Source of the DNA: Pyrinomonadaceae bacterium
GTDB taxonomy: Bacteria > Acidobacteriota > Blastocatellia > Pyrinomonadales > Pyrinomonadaceae
Length of the DNA stretch: 64,000 nt
Reading direction: 5' to 3'
Assembly: GCA_046313635.1 (NCBI GenBank)
Contig: JBKBYA010000004.1
Coordinates: forward strand, 96,001 to 160,000
Shown here piece by piece: positions 41,196-52,400 of this stretch. Each line of letters begins with the position of its first letter. The first letter of the stretch is position 1. Below the pieces are notes generated by a model, which made no database searches, was not told where the DNA came from, and saw nothing but the letters and a program-made list of their open reading frames with translations. A program made the position numbers and the translations under genes.

Positions 41196-43172
41196 ATGCT
41201 GGAAATATTCGGCGAGGGCGGCCTCATTGCCCGTCATCATGATGCCTTTGAGCATCGCGACGGCCAGATCAAAATGGCCGACTCGGTGATGCGCGCCTTT
41301 GACCAAAAGCGGCACCTCGTCGTCGAGGCGGGCACGGGCACGGGCAAGACGCTGGCGTACCTCGTCCCGGCGGTCGCCGCCGCACTCGGGCGCAAGCAGC
41401 GTATCGTCATCTCGACCGGCACCAAGAATCTGCAGGAGCAGCTGATGGAAAAGGACATTCCGTTCCTGCAAAAGGTGCTGCCCAAAAAATTCTCGGCCGC
41501 GTATATGAAAGGCCGCTCGAACTACGCCTGCCTGCACCGCGTCTACAAGGCCGAGGACCAGCCGTTTCTCGAGGGGCTGCACGAGATCGACTATTTTGAC
41601 GATATCCGCCGGTGGGTACGCGACTCAAAGACCGGCGACCGCGCCGAGCTCTCGCACCTGCCTGACAATCTCTCTTTCTGGAACCGCATCAACGCCCGCT
41701 CCGAAGTTTGTCTCGGGCAAAAGTGTCCAGAATTCGAGCCGTGCTTCATCACGCGAATGCGGGCGCGGGCCGAGGACGCCGACATCATCATCGTCAATCA
41801 TCACCTCTTCTTTGCCGACCTCAGCGTCCGCGGCAACCAGTACGGCCGCGTCATTCCGGATTACGGCGCGGTGATATTCGACGAGGCGCATCTGATCGAG
41901 GACATCGCGGCGGACTACTTCGGATCTCAGGTGTCCAATTACCAGCTTGACGACATCGTCCGCGATCTCGACACTCTGCCCATCACCGATGCTCTGGTGA
42001 CAAGCACGCTGACCAAGCTCGCGGCGCGGATCATCGGATTCGCAGAGCAGTTCTGGACGCGCTTTTCGCAGGGCCGCGGGCAGGACGGACGCTTTCCGCT
42101 GACGGCCGAGCAGTTCTTTGTCCGCACGCGCGGCGGCGAGATGGAGCCGACGCCGCTCGGCAGCGTCTATCAGGAGCTCGACGCTTCGCTCGGACGGCTC
42201 GATGCCGAGATCGACGTTTTTTCAGAAGAGATGCCCGAGGCCGAGGCCGTGCTGCGGCGCGTGCGGCAGGTACGGTCAGATCTGAAGTTCATCGTCGGCC
42301 AGGCCGATCGCAATTACGTCTTCTGGCACGAGCGGCGCGGCCGCGGCATTTACCTGCAGGCGTCGCCGGTCGACGTGTCGAATCTGCTCAAGGACAAGCT
42401 CTTTAACAAGGTCGAGACGTGCGTGCTCACGTCGGCGACGCTGTCGACCTCGGGCAGCTTCAACTTCATCCGCGATCGTTTGGGTCTGGAAAAGTCAAAG
42501 ACCGATACGCTCGTCGCGCCGTCGAGCTTCGACTACGAAAAGCAGGCGATCGTCTACTTGCCCAAGGGAATGCCCGACCCGCGCTCGCCGCAGTACACGC
42601 AGCTCGCGGCCGGCGAGATCATCAAGCTGCTGCAGGTGACAAAGGGTCACGCCTTTGTCCTCTGCACGAGCAACTCGTCGATGAAGTCGCTCTACGAGAT
42701 CGTCTCGTCGCGCGTCGGCTATCCGTGCTTTATCCAGGGCACGATGTCCAAGAGCGGCATTCTCGAACGCTTTCGCTCGACGCCCAACGCCGTGCTCTTT
42801 GCGACGTCGAGCTTTTGGCAGGGCGTCGACGTCCGAGGCGAGCAGCTCTCGTGCGTGATCATCGACAAGCTGCCATTCGCCGTGCCAAGCGACCCGCTCG
42901 TCGCGGCGCGGACAAAGTTCATCGACGACAACGGCGGCAGATCGTTCAGCGATTACTCGATCCCGCAGGCCGTGATCACGCTCAAGCAGGGCATCGGCCG
43001 CCTCATCCGCAGCAAGACCGACCGCGGCGTGATCGTGATACTCGACAGCCGTCTCAGGACAAAAGGCTACGGCCGCGATTTCATCAACAGTCTGCCTAAG
43101 ACTAGAATTACGAGTGATCTTAAAGATGTAGAGTCGATGTTTGCAGCCGCGGAGGACGCAGCCGCAGCGTAG
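41196..43172 (+). CDS. DinG/YoaA-family Fe-S ATP-dependent DNA helicase
   Basis: EAGTGTGKT, KGRSNYAC, DEAH, TSATL, FWQGVDV and QGIGRLIR motifs. Confidence 0.92.
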   Translation: MLEIFGEGGLIARHHDAFEHRDGQIKMADSVMRAFDQKRHLVVEAGTGTGKTLAYLVPAVAAALGRKQRIVISTGTKNLQEQLMEKDIPFLQKVLPKKFSAAYMKGRSNYACLHRVYKAEDQPFLEGLHEIDYFDDIRRWVRDSKTGDRAELSHLPDNLSFWNRINARSEVCLGQKCPEFEPCFITRMRARAEDADIIIVNHHLFFADLSVRGNQYGRVIPDYGAVIFDEAHLIEDIAADYFGSQVSNYQLDDIVRDLDTLPITDALVTSTLTKLAARIIGFAEQFWTRFSQGRGQDGRFPLTAEQFFVRTRGGEMEPTPLGSVYQELDASLGRLDAEIDVFSEEMPEAEAVLRRVRQVRSDLKFIVGQADRNYVFWHERRGRGIYLQASPVDVSNLLKDKLFNKVETCVLTSATLSTSGSFNFIRDRLGLEKSKTDTLVAPSSFDYEKQAIVYLPKGMPDPRSPQYTQLAAGEIIKLLQVTKGHAFVLCTSNSSMKSLYEIVSSRVGYPCFIQGTMSKSGILERFRSTPNAVLFATSSFWQGVDVRGEQLSCVIIDKLPFAVPSDPLVAARTKFIDDNGGRSFSDYSIPQAVITLKQGIGRLIRSKTDRGVIVILDSRLRTKGYGRDFINSLPKTRITSDLKDVESMFAAAEDAAAA

Positions 43173-43233
43173 GGGGATAAGCGTGAATAAGAATTATTAT
43201 CGGCGGCCGGATTCGTTCAGGATCATTTGACCT

Positions 43234-43617
43234 ATGCCCGGATTTTTTGAAGTGATGATCGAACGCGACTTCTCGTCCGCCCACCAGCTGCGCGGGTATA
43301 AGGGGAAGTGCGAGAACCTGCACGGGCACAATTACAAGATCGAGATCTACGCCCGCGGCGAGGAGCTGAACAATATCGGCCTGCTGATCGACTTTGGCGA
43401 TCTCAAGGCGGCGGCGGACGAGATCGTTCGTTATCTCGACCATCGGAATCTCAACGAGCTGCCGCCATTTGACGAGGAGCTGAATCCCTCGGCCGAGAAT
43501 CTCGCCCGATACATTCTCGAGTATCTCAACTCGCGCGTCGGCGACGAGCGCGTGCAGGTCTACAAGGTCCGCTGCTACGAGACCCCGACCAGCGTCGCGA
43601 CCTACCAGATCGCGTGA
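43234..43617 (+). CDS. queD: 6-carboxytetrahydropterin synthase
   Basis: FSSAH.L, CENLHGHNY, LDHRNLN, PSAENLA and ET motifs. Confidence 0.93.
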   Translation: MPGFFEVMIERDFSSAHQLRGYKGKCENLHGHNYKIEIYARGEELNNIGLLIDFGDLKAAADEIVRYLDHRNLNELPPFDEELNPSAENLARYILEYLNSRVGDERVQVYKVRCYETPTSVATYQIA

Positions 43618-43850
43618 TCGCGGGCCGTCTGGCCAAAGTGCGAGGCGTCCTGCCGCGGCTGCGCGATCTCTTAAAAGCCGGCGACCGAGGCACTCGGCCA
43701 AGATAACGCCCGTCCTGTGAACGACCGCGCTCGGCATCGCGTCTGCGGTCTCGGCGTCGCTCGCGTAGCGGCAAAACGGCGAAACCAAACCGACCGGCCG
43801 GCGTATATCGACCCGGTAGATAAACCCCAAAATTCGATAAGGAGCCAATT

Positions 43851-46631
43851 ATGAAGCTGCTTTTGCAAAAGCTTGTCGGTCTGGCGATCGTCTGTGCCGT
43901 CGCCGTGCTGCCGATGCTGCGGCCCGCCGCGGCCCTCGCGCAGCAGGCCGCACAGTCGTCGGTCCCAAAAATTCAATTCGAAAGATACACGCTGCCAAAC
44001 GGTCTGCAGGTCATACTCCACGTCGACCGCAAGCTGCCGGTTGTGCACGTCAACCAGTGGTTCCATGTCGGCTCGGCCAACGAGAAGCCGGGCCGCAGCG
44101 GCTTTGCACACCTCTTTGAGCATATGATGTTTCAGGGCTCGAAGAATGCGAGCAAGGATTACTTCACATACGTCGAGGCAGCCGGAGCGAATCTCTTCGA
44201 GGGCGGCGTTAACGGCACCACCGATCAGGACCGCACCAATTACTTTGCCACCGTGCCGTCAGGCAATCTCGAGAATCTGCTCTGGGTCGAGGCCGACCGG
44301 CTCGCGACGCTGCCCGATGCGCTGACAAAGCAAAAGCTCGACAACCAGCGCGACGTCGTCAAGAACGAGCGCCGCCAGGGACTCGAGAATCAGCCTTACG
44401 GCCGCTGGTTCAAGCTGGTCGCCGAGAACGTCTTTCCGCTCGGGCATCCGTATCACAACGACGTGATCGGCATTCACGAGGACCTGACCGCGGCGAGCGA
44501 GGAGGACGTCAAGGACTTTTTCCGCACGTATTACACGCCGAACAATATGTCGCTCGTCATTGCCGGCGATTTTGATCCGGCAGAGGCAAAGCGTCTCGTC
44601 GAGAAGTATTTCGGCACGATCCCGCCGGGGCCGGCGCTCGACCGTCCGGCTAAGGCGGCCGTTTCGCTCACGAGCGAAAAGATCGTCAACGTCCGCGACC
44701 GCGTCCCGCAGGAGCGGACGTACTTTGCGTGGCCGACCGCGGCTTACTTCGACCCGGGCGACGCCGAGCTCGAACTGGCCGCGACGATCCTGACCGACGG
44801 GCTGTCGGCGAGACTCAACAAGGCCCTCATATACGACCGGCAGCTTGCCTCGAATGTCGCGGGCTTTCAGAGCGGTCAGCCGCTGGCGGGATGGTTCGCG
44901 CTTTGGGCCACCGCGCGGCCGGGCTCGGATATGCGGCAGATCGAGCAGATCGTTACGGACGAGATCGAGCGGCTCGCAAAAGAAGGCCCGACGCCGGCCG
45001 AGCTCGAACGCGCCAAGACAAAATGGGAGTTCAACTTTGTCTCGGGCCTCGAGCGCATCGGCGGGTTTGGCGGCAAGTCAGACCTTCTCAATCAATACAA
45101 CACGTATCTCGGCGAGCCCGGAAAGTTTGAGGACGATCTCGCCCGTCACCGCGGCGTGACGATCGAGAGCCTCAAGGCCGCGGTCGATAAGTATCTCAAC
45201 ACGCGGAACCGCGTTCTGGTCCGCTTCCGTCCGGAGCCGAGCAGCAAGGCGTCGGATATCGCGGTCGACCGTACAAAAGAACCGGCACTGGGCGGCGACA
45301 AGCCCTTCCGCGCGCCCGACGTAAAGACGGCCAAGCTGGATAATGGGCTGGAGATATACGTCGTAGAGAAGCCCGAGATCCCGAAGGTTTCGCTTACGCT
45401 CGCGACGCGGGCCGGCAGCGTGGCCGATCCGGCCGGCAAGAACGGCACCGCCGGACTTACGGCCCGGCTGCTCCGTCGCGGCACGAAGTCGCGCACGGCA
45501 CTACAGATCGACGAGCTTGCGGGCGACCTCGGGACGTCGATCTCAAGCGGAGCTCAGCGCGAGTACGCCGGGGTCTCGTCGCAGGTGCTCAAGCGTAACC
45601 TGGGACGGACGCTCGAACTGATCGCCGACGTCGTGACGAACCCGACATTTGCGCAGGAAGAATTCGATCGCGAAAAGAAACAGACGCTCGATAACCTCGC
45701 GCAGACGGCGAGCAATCCGAACGCGGTCGCGAGTCGCGTCGCGCAGATGATCGCTTTTGGCCGCGAGCACCCTTACGGCCGTGCCGCTCTGCCGTCGACC
45801 GTGCAGGCGATCACGCGAGACGACCTCGTGAGATTTCACCAGACGTACTGGAAGCCGGGCAGCTCGGCACTCGTCCTTGTCGGCGATATTACGCTGGCCG
45901 AGGCGACCGCGATGGCAAAGCAGCACTTCGGCGGCTGGTCGGGCGGTGCCGCGCCGGCCGCTGCCATACCGCCTGCCCAGCCGATGCCGGCGGGCAAGGT
46001 GTATCTCGTCGATCGTCCCGGCGCGGCGCAGACCGTGATCGGACAGATCCTGCGAGCGCCCGAGCGCAGGTCGCCGGACTACTACGCGCTCACGCTTGCC
46101 AATGCGGTCTACGGGGGCGGTTTTGGGACGCGGCTCAACCTGAACCTTCGCGAAGACAAGGGCTACTCGTACGGTGTATTTGCTTTCCCGTCGCTGTACA
46201 CCAAGGGCGGGACGTGGATCGCGTCGGGCGGTGTACAGACAAACAAGACCAAGGAGTCGGCGGTGGAGTTTATGAAGGAGCTGAAATTCATCGCCGGCGA
46301 AAAGCCGATCTCGGAGACCGAGTTCACGACCGCACGACTCGCTCGAACGCGCGGCTATGCCCAGCAGTTCGAGGCGTACGACCGCGTCGCCGGGCAGATC
46401 GTCGACCTCTGGGTCGTCGGCCTGCCGATGGCCGGCCTGCAGGCCGAGACCGACGAGCTCAACAAGATCTCGCTTGCGGCGGCAAACGCCGCGGCGGCCA
46501 AGTACGCCGCTCCCGCTGGAGCGTCGCTGCTGCTGGTCGGCGACCTGTCGAAGATCGAGGCCGGCATTCGCGAGCTTGATCTCGGAGAGATCGTGATCCT
46601 CGACGTTGAGGGCAATCCGGTCAAGCGGTAG
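43851..46631 (+). CDS. Secreted M16 (pitrilysin-family) zinc peptidase
   Basis: GFAHLFEHMMF (HxxEH), VKNERR and RLNLNLREDKGYSYG motifs. Confidence 0.92.
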   Translation: MKLLLQKLVGLAIVCAVAVLPMLRPAAALAQQAAQSSVPKIQFERYTLPNGLQVILHVDRKLPVVHVNQWFHVGSANEKPGRSGFAHLFEHMMFQGSKNASKDYFTYVEAAGANLFEGGVNGTTDQDRTNYFATVPSGNLENLLWVEADRLATLPDALTKQKLDNQRDVVKNERRQGLENQPYGRWFKLVAENVFPLGHPYHNDVIGIHEDLTAASEEDVKDFFRTYYTPNNMSLVIAGDFDPAEAKRLVEKYFGTIPPGPALDRPAKAAVSLTSEKIVNVRDRVPQERTYFAWPTAAYFDPGDAELELAATILTDGLSARLNKALIYDRQLASNVAGFQSGQPLAGWFALWATARPGSDMRQIEQIVTDEIERLAKEGPTPAELERAKTKWEFNFVSGLERIGGFGGKSDLLNQYNTYLGEPGKFEDDLARHRGVTIESLKAAVDKYLNTRNRVLVRFRPEPSSKASDIAVDRTKEPALGGDKPFRAPDVKTAKLDNGLEIYVVEKPEIPKVSLTLATRAGSVADPAGKNGTAGLTARLLRRGTKSRTALQIDELAGDLGTSISSGAQREYAGVSSQVLKRNLGRTLELIADVVTNPTFAQEEFDREKKQTLDNLAQTASNPNAVASRVAQMIAFGREHPYGRAALPSTVQAITRDDLVRFHQTYWKPGSSALVLVGDITLAEATAMAKQHFGGWSGGAAPAAAIPPAQPMPAGKVYLVDRPGAAQTVIGQILRAPERRSPDYYALTLANAVYGGGFGTRLNLNLREDKGYSYGVFAFPSLYTKGGTWIASGGVQTNKTKESAVEFMKELKFIAGEKPISETEFTTARLARTRGYAQQFEAYDRVAGQIVDLWVVGLPMAGLQAETDELNKISLAAANAAAAKYAAPAGASLLLVGDLSKIEAGIRELDLGEIVILDVEGNPVKR

Positions 46632-46646
46632 TCGCAAACGCGGCGC

Positions 46647-46684
46647 AAAAAAATAGGCAGGAGCATGAACTCCTGCCTATTTTT
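46647..46684. terminator. Bidirectional intrinsic terminator
   Basis: aaaaaaataggcaggag-catgaa-ctcctgcctattttt. Confidence 0.88.
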
Positions 46685-46693
46685 ATGTTGAAA

Positions 46694-46771
<78 letters not shown>

Positions 46772-46834
46772 CTAATTCACGCCTTGCGACGCGATACATC
46801 AGTCTAGGAAAGCCGCCTGACGATGTCAAACGCG

Positions 46835-47440
46835 TCACTTTTGCAGAAACAACCTGATAACCACAAAGCCGCCGACCAGAATGACCAGAAATGCCACGGT
46901 CAAAATTTCAAAGTACTTGTCGATAAATCTTTTGATCGGCGCGCCGAAAAAGAAAAACAACGCCGCGACCAGAAAGAACCGTGCCGACCGGCTGATCACC
47001 GACGCGACGATCAGGGTCGTCAGCGAGACCTCGAACGCGCCGGCGGCGATCGTGAAGACCTTGTAAGGGATCGGCGTGAACCCGGCCGCCATGATCGCCC
47101 AGAACGCGTGTTCATTGTAGAGCTCCTGCACACGCGCGTAGTGGCCTTGGGCGCCGTAAAAATCGATGATCGGCTTTCCGATCGCTTCGAAGGCGGCCCA
47201 GCCGATGTAATAGCCGAAGATGCCTCCGAGCACCGAGCCGGCCGAGCAGATCAGCGCGTACCGAAACGCCTGACGAGGGATCATCACCGCCATCGCGACG
47301 AGCAGCACGTCAGGCGGGATGGGGAAGAACGACGATTCCATGAACGCAATAACAAAAAGCGCCCATTGCGCATGAGGCTTTTCAGCATAGCCCTCTACCC
47401 AGGCCTTGAGGCGGTGGAGATATTCGAAGATCTTTTTCAA
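46835..47440 (-). CDS. YqaA/DedA (VTT-domain) membrane protein
   Basis: AFMESSFFPIPPDVLL, AGFTPIPYKVFTI and SRSARF motifs; TTG start inferred. Confidence 0.85.
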   Translation of the reverse strand: MKKIFEYLHRLKAWVEGYAEKPHAQWALFVIAFMESSFFPIPPDVLLVAMAVMIPRQAFRYALICSAGSVLGGIFGYYIGWAAFEAIGKPIIDFYGAQGHYARVQELYNEHAFWAIMAAGFTPIPYKVFTIAAGAFEVSLTTLIVASVISRSARFFLVAALFFFFGAPIKRFIDKYFEILTVAFLVILVGGFVVIRLFLQK

Positions 47441-47498
47441 ACTGATAATCCTCTTACTGTTGAAATTTGAATCGTATCGCCCGAATGAAATGTGCAGA

Positions 47499-48149
47499 TC
47501 AGGAATTGCGCCAGCCGTGGCGACCGACCAGCGGGACAAACGAGCACGGGCCAAAGTCTTCCGTCGTAAAGCCGGCATCGGTCTTTGTCATGCGCACGAG
47601 CGTCTGTGACTTCTGGTCGCGGCCGACCGGAATGACGAGCATCCCGCCCACCTTGAGCTGCGCGACGAGCGGCGCGGGGACCTCGGGGCCGCCGGCCGCG
47701 ACGAGGATCTTGTCGTACGGCGCGTAGTCTGACCAGCCCTCCGTGCCGTCGTCGCACTTGAGAGAGAAGTTTCTCACGCCGAGCATCTGCAGCCGCTGGT
47801 AAGCTTCTCTCGCGAGGTTGGGCAGCCGCTCGATCGCAAAGACCATTCGCGCGAGGCTCGCGATCACGGCCGTTTGATAGCCCGTGCCGGCGCCGATCTC
47901 GAGTACCTTGTCGTTTCGCGACAGCTCGAGCAGCTCCGTCATCCGCGCAACGATAAACGGCTGCGAGATGGTCTGCCCGCCGGCGATGGGCAGCGCGTTG
48001 TCCTTGTAGGCCTGGGCCCGCAGGGCGTCGGGGACGAAGAGGTGTCTGGGCATTCGGCCCATCACGTCGAGCACGCGCTCGTCGACGATCTTGTAATGAT
48101 CGCGAAGCTTCTCGACCATTCTCTGCCGCGGGATCGTGTACTGGTCCAT
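47499..48149 (-). CDS. pcm: Protein-L-isoaspartate O-methyltransferase
   Basis: GQTISQP, VLEIGAGTGYQTA, APYDKI and FVPLVG motifs. Confidence 0.95.
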   Translation of the reverse strand: MDQYTIPRQRMVEKLRDHYKIVDERVLDVMGRMPRHLFVPDALRAQAYKDNALPIAGGQTISQPFIVARMTELLELSRNDKVLEIGAGTGYQTAVIASLARMVFAIERLPNLAREAYQRLQMLGVRNFSLKCDDGTEGWSDYAPYDKILVAAGGPEVPAPLVAQLKVGGMLVIPVGRDQKSQTLVRMTKTDAGFTTEDFGPCSFVPLVGRHGWRNS

Positions 48150-48183
48150 CTGATCAAAACCGGAGAGGCCGGTGAGCTGGTCG

Positions 48184-48933
48184 CTAGCTGTTCCAGGCTT
48201 CGAGCTCTTTGAGGGCGTGGTGATTTGTCAGATCGCTCCGCATCGGCGTGATCGAGACGTAGCCCTCGTCGATCGCCTCAAAATCGGTGCCGCCCTCGGC
48301 ACGAAAGCCGTTGCGGATCTCGCTGATCCAATAGTACGGCTTGCCTCGCGGATCGATGTGCTCGCTGATCACGGGCTGCGCGGACTTAAAGCCCTGCTTG
48401 GTCACACGCATGCCCTTGGGCACGCCTTTCGGCACGTTGACGTTGAGCAGCGTCCACTCGGGCAGGCCGTCACGCAGGGCCCGCTCGGTCACCGCCCGGG
48501 CTACCTTCATCGACTCGCTGAAATCGTGGACGCGCGTCGCGACCAGACTGATGGCGATGCCCGGCACGCCGAGAATTGTGGCCTCCATCGCGCCGGCGAC
48601 GGTGCCCGAATACGTCGCGTCGTCGCCGAGGTTCGCGCCGTGATTGATGCCCGAAACGCAGATTTGAGGACGCTCTTCGGCGGGCAGAATTCGGTTGAGA
48701 GCGAACGTGACGCAATCGGTCGGAGTGCCGTCGACCGTCCAGTGCCGCGCGTCGATCTGACGGATGCGCAACGGCCGCGAGAGCGTCAGGCTGTGCGACG
48801 CCCCGCTCTGCTCCGATTCGGGAGCGACGACGTAAACGTCGCCGATCTCGGCGAGCGCCTGTTCGAGGGCGATGATGCCCTCCGAGTGGTAGCCGTCGTC
48901 GTTGGTGATCAGGATCCTTTTTCTTTCAGCCAT
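48184..48933 (-). CDS. surE: 5'/3'-nucleotidase SurE
   Basis: ILITNDDG, GTPTDCV, SGINHGANLG and YSGTVAGAME motifs. Confidence 0.95.
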   Translation of the reverse strand: MAERKRILITNDDGYHSEGIIALEQALAEIGDVYVVAPESEQSGASHSLTLSRPLRIRQIDARHWTVDGTPTDCVTFALNRILPAEERPQICVSGINHGANLGDDATYSGTVAGAMEATILGVPGIAISLVATRVHDFSESMKVARAVTERALRDGLPEWTLLNVNVPKGVPKGMRVTKQGFKSAQPVISEHIDPRGKPYYWISEIRNGFRAEGGTDFEAIDEGYVSITPMRSDLTNHHALKELEAWNS

Positions 48934-49026
48934 TAGTGTGTCGTCCCGCATTGCCGGCGGGCCGAACTGAAACAAATAATGCGTGAAGCAGGGCCTCACG
49001 CATCAACAAATAACTAGATCTCGACG

Positions 49027-49302
49027 TTAGCGGCCGCCGGGACCGCCGCCGGCGTTGTTTGAACCGCCGCCCATCGGACGCTGCGAGCCGCCCATTCCGC
49101 CGCCCATCGGACGCTGCTGACGGAAGCGTCGGCGATTGCGCTTGCGCGCGTTTGCCGATTTGAGCTTCGCCTTTTGACCCGGCGGGATAAAGTGAGCGTG
49201 CTTCTTGAGATCTTTGATGATCTCTTCGCTGATCACTTTGCGCTTGAAGCGGCGCAGAGCGCTTTCGATAGACTCGTTAGAGTTAACTGTAATAAAAGCC
49301 AT
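49027..49302 (-). CDS. rpsU: 30S ribosomal protein S21 with Gly-rich C-terminal extension
   Basis: ESIESALRRFKRKV..HF.PP..K pattern; GGAGGTG RBS. Confidence 0.88.
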   Translation of the reverse strand: MAFITVNSNESIESALRRFKRKVISEEIIKDLKKHAHFIPPGQKAKLKSANARKRNRRRFRQQRPMGGGMGGSQRPMGGGSNNAGGGPGGR

Positions 49303-49417
49303 TTTTTGTACTCACCTCCTTTCGGCCGAGTCTCAGGCACGGACCTTTTCGTCCGCCCCCGCCACAGACGCCGTCAGGGCGTCCGGAGCAAACTAAGATT
49401 AAACTATCTTTCCCTCA

Positions 49418-52400
49418 TCAGCGCAAGCCGGCCGGCTTGGCAGGCAGCGGCAGGGCGAGCACGTGGCCGCTGTAAACAAAATAAACCCGCGATTCGCTCT
49501 CGTCGACCCACATATCCATACTGTCGAATGAGATCGACGGAATCGTCAGCCGCGGTTCGAACCTCATGGCCGCCAGATCGAGCAGCCCGACGCTCGTGCC
49601 CGAGCCTCTCTTGTCAGGAAGTGCGGCCCAAACTGAGGTCGAAGCCGACGACTGCTGCAGCGGCCGGAACGTTTGGTGAAACAGCGGCCGGAGCTCGCCG
49701 CTTGCCGGAATGAGCATTCCGGTCTCGGGGTCGAGCCACAGATCGGCGGGGCCGCCCTCCGGCCTTTCGGTATCGACGGCCGCGTCGTAGTATTCCTCGT
49801 CATAGTACCGGGCCGACAGCAGCACCTTGCCCTTGACGCCGACGTAGGCGACCGGCATCGTGAAGGGACGATCGGCGAGCGGTACTTTGTATTCGCGGCC
49901 GTTGAAAAGGTTGATCCTGACGAGCGAGAATCCCTCGTCGCTCGACTTGATGGCGACAAGCCATTTGCCGTTCGGCGTCACGACAAAGCCGTTGTACCGA
50001 CCGTCGCGAAGCTTTGTGAGCTTGCCGGCCGATACCTTGAAGAGGGCTTGCGAGTTTGACCTGATCTCAAAATTCGCGACTCGCGATCTCCACTGCGCGG
50101 GCTCGGGTCTTACGGGCAGATCATCCGCGGCCGGCGGGCGATCGATGCCGGGCGGCTGAGCTGCGGGAGCGAGCGAACCGCCGGGACCGAGGCTTTGCCA
50201 CGAGTAGCCCTTCCACACGTAACTTTGGCTAAGAGCTTCGGCGCGGGCAAACGCTTCGGCGCGGGCCGTGCCGTCGTCATCGTCGGTGACCGACGAGTAG
50301 ATCTCGGCCGACATTTCGTGCAGCTCCGCCTCCGATCTGGCACGGGCCGAGCGGCTGCTCACGAGCACACGCAGATCCGGTCCGTTTTTCCAGACAGTTT
50401 GGGCCTCGAGGTCGTCAGAAGCGAGGAGCACGTCGAGCCCGGGCACCTTTTTGGACAGTTCGTACTTGAGTACGCTTGGCTCTCGCTTGAGGTCTCTCAG
50501 TATCGAATCGAGCGTCGCAAAGAATTCCGGCACGCGGTCTGTGCGCGCGTACACCCGCCGCCCGCCCGCGCGGCCGAGCGCGACGAACTGCATCGGCGCG
50601 AGGCACTCTGACGAGCCGCAGCCGAGAAAGGGCTTGAGGTCGTCGACGTCGCTGCGAGCCAGATGGTCGCGGAGCCGTGCAAATTCCTCGGGCCGCAGTA
50701 CGCGCTCGCGGTATCGCGACTTGTCCTCGTACCACGCCAGCACGACGCGGTCGCCATATACCCGGACGACGCTGTCGGCCCACGAATAGACGCCCAGCAG
50801 CTGCCGATCGGAACGGATCTCGTCGCGCAGATGCTTTTCGCTATCCGGCGGAGCTTCTGACTCGGGAGCGCGAGGGCCGTCTTCTTCCTCCACGTAGGCG
50901 GGGCCGCTATAGCCGTCCGTGCCGAGCAGCGTTTCGAGCCACGGGCCGCCTTCCCAGGACGGATCGTCGGCCTCGAAGTACTCGCGCGCTCCGAGCACGA
51001 GAGCTTCATCGGGATGCAGCGAGAGGACGATGCGCCGGGCCTCGGGCGAGTCTTCGGTCTCAAGGAACTTCTCCGCCGCGAGCCGCAGCAGGGCATCGCC
51101 CGAGCGGAGAAATTCGGCGGCACGCGCGACGGCGATGCGCGCGCGGATGAGACGGCCGCAGGCGAAGAGCATCGTCCTTGCGGCGTCGGGGCCGGCGGCG
51201 AGCACCTTATCGAGGTCCGATTCGTCCTCGATCAGACAGGCCGAAACGGCCGCCGCCGCAGGCGGGCCGTCTCTAAGATCGAGCACGTCGCCGGCGAGCT
51301 TTTGGCGGATGTTCTCGCGACGCGCGAGCAGGCGCACGATCGAGTCGGGATCGACCCGACCAGCACGCAGGTCCGAAATAAGCAGCTGATCGACCGCGTC
51401 CGACTGCCATTTGAGCACGACAGAGCGCAGCACGCCGGCGATCGGCGGGTCCCTTTTATCGAGCACTCTGATGCGCGAGATAGCGGCCCGGACGACATCG
51501 TCTTCCATTTCTGTGAGCGTCATCAGGTGCATCCCGAGCTGCATCTTTATGTCGCCGCCGCTCAGCGATTCGAGGCGGTCGGCCCGGTCCTTGACGGCTG
51601 GGCCGTCGACCGGCTCGCTGATGTCGGGAGCGGCGCGGGCAAATGCTTCCATCGCCGCGACCTGCTCTTCGGCGCTGAAGGCGCCGCATGCATGGAGGGC
51701 CGTCACCACACGCTGGCGCTCGTAGCCTTCGGTCTGGTTGTAGATCCGCCGCAGCGCCGGTATCGCTCGAGCGTCGCGCTGGAATGCAAGGGCTCCGAGG
51801 GCAGCGTAGCGGTGCGGATATACCGAGTCGGCGACGTACGAGGCGTTGGTCATCGCCATGCCCGAGTTTGAGACGACGGCGCGCGTTGAATTGCTGTTCA
51901 TCGAGCTCGTGGCTGCCGCGTTCGAGTTTGAGCCGTAGGCAGGCCGCCGATCCTTTTCGTCGAGCAGCTTGACGAGGCCGGGCACGCTGTCGGGCATCTT
52001 GATGGTCTCGAGCGCAGTGACGATAGCGTTGCGCGAATTTGCGTTCTCGGTGATCCATTTTGCGTTCTCGAGCCACGGCAGCAGGGCACGCACGATCTCC
52101 GGGTCGCTGGTGCGCCGCAGCGGTATCAAAAGATTTCTGACCGCCATCGTCCGCACGGTGATATTGGTGCTGCGTGTCAGCTCGATCATCTTGGCCACGT
52201 ACTTCTCCGGCGGCGAATAGAGTACGAGAGTCGTCAGGCCCGTGAACCGCGGCATATTGACGAGCGTCTCGTCGCTAAAGAGCGAATAGAACCACTCGTC
52301 GCGGCCCGGCCAGTCACGCTCGTGCACGAGAGCGTCGTTTGCGAGATCGCGGAGGCCGTCGGGATTGCTCTTGTCCTCGACGATCGCCTTGAGCTCGTCG

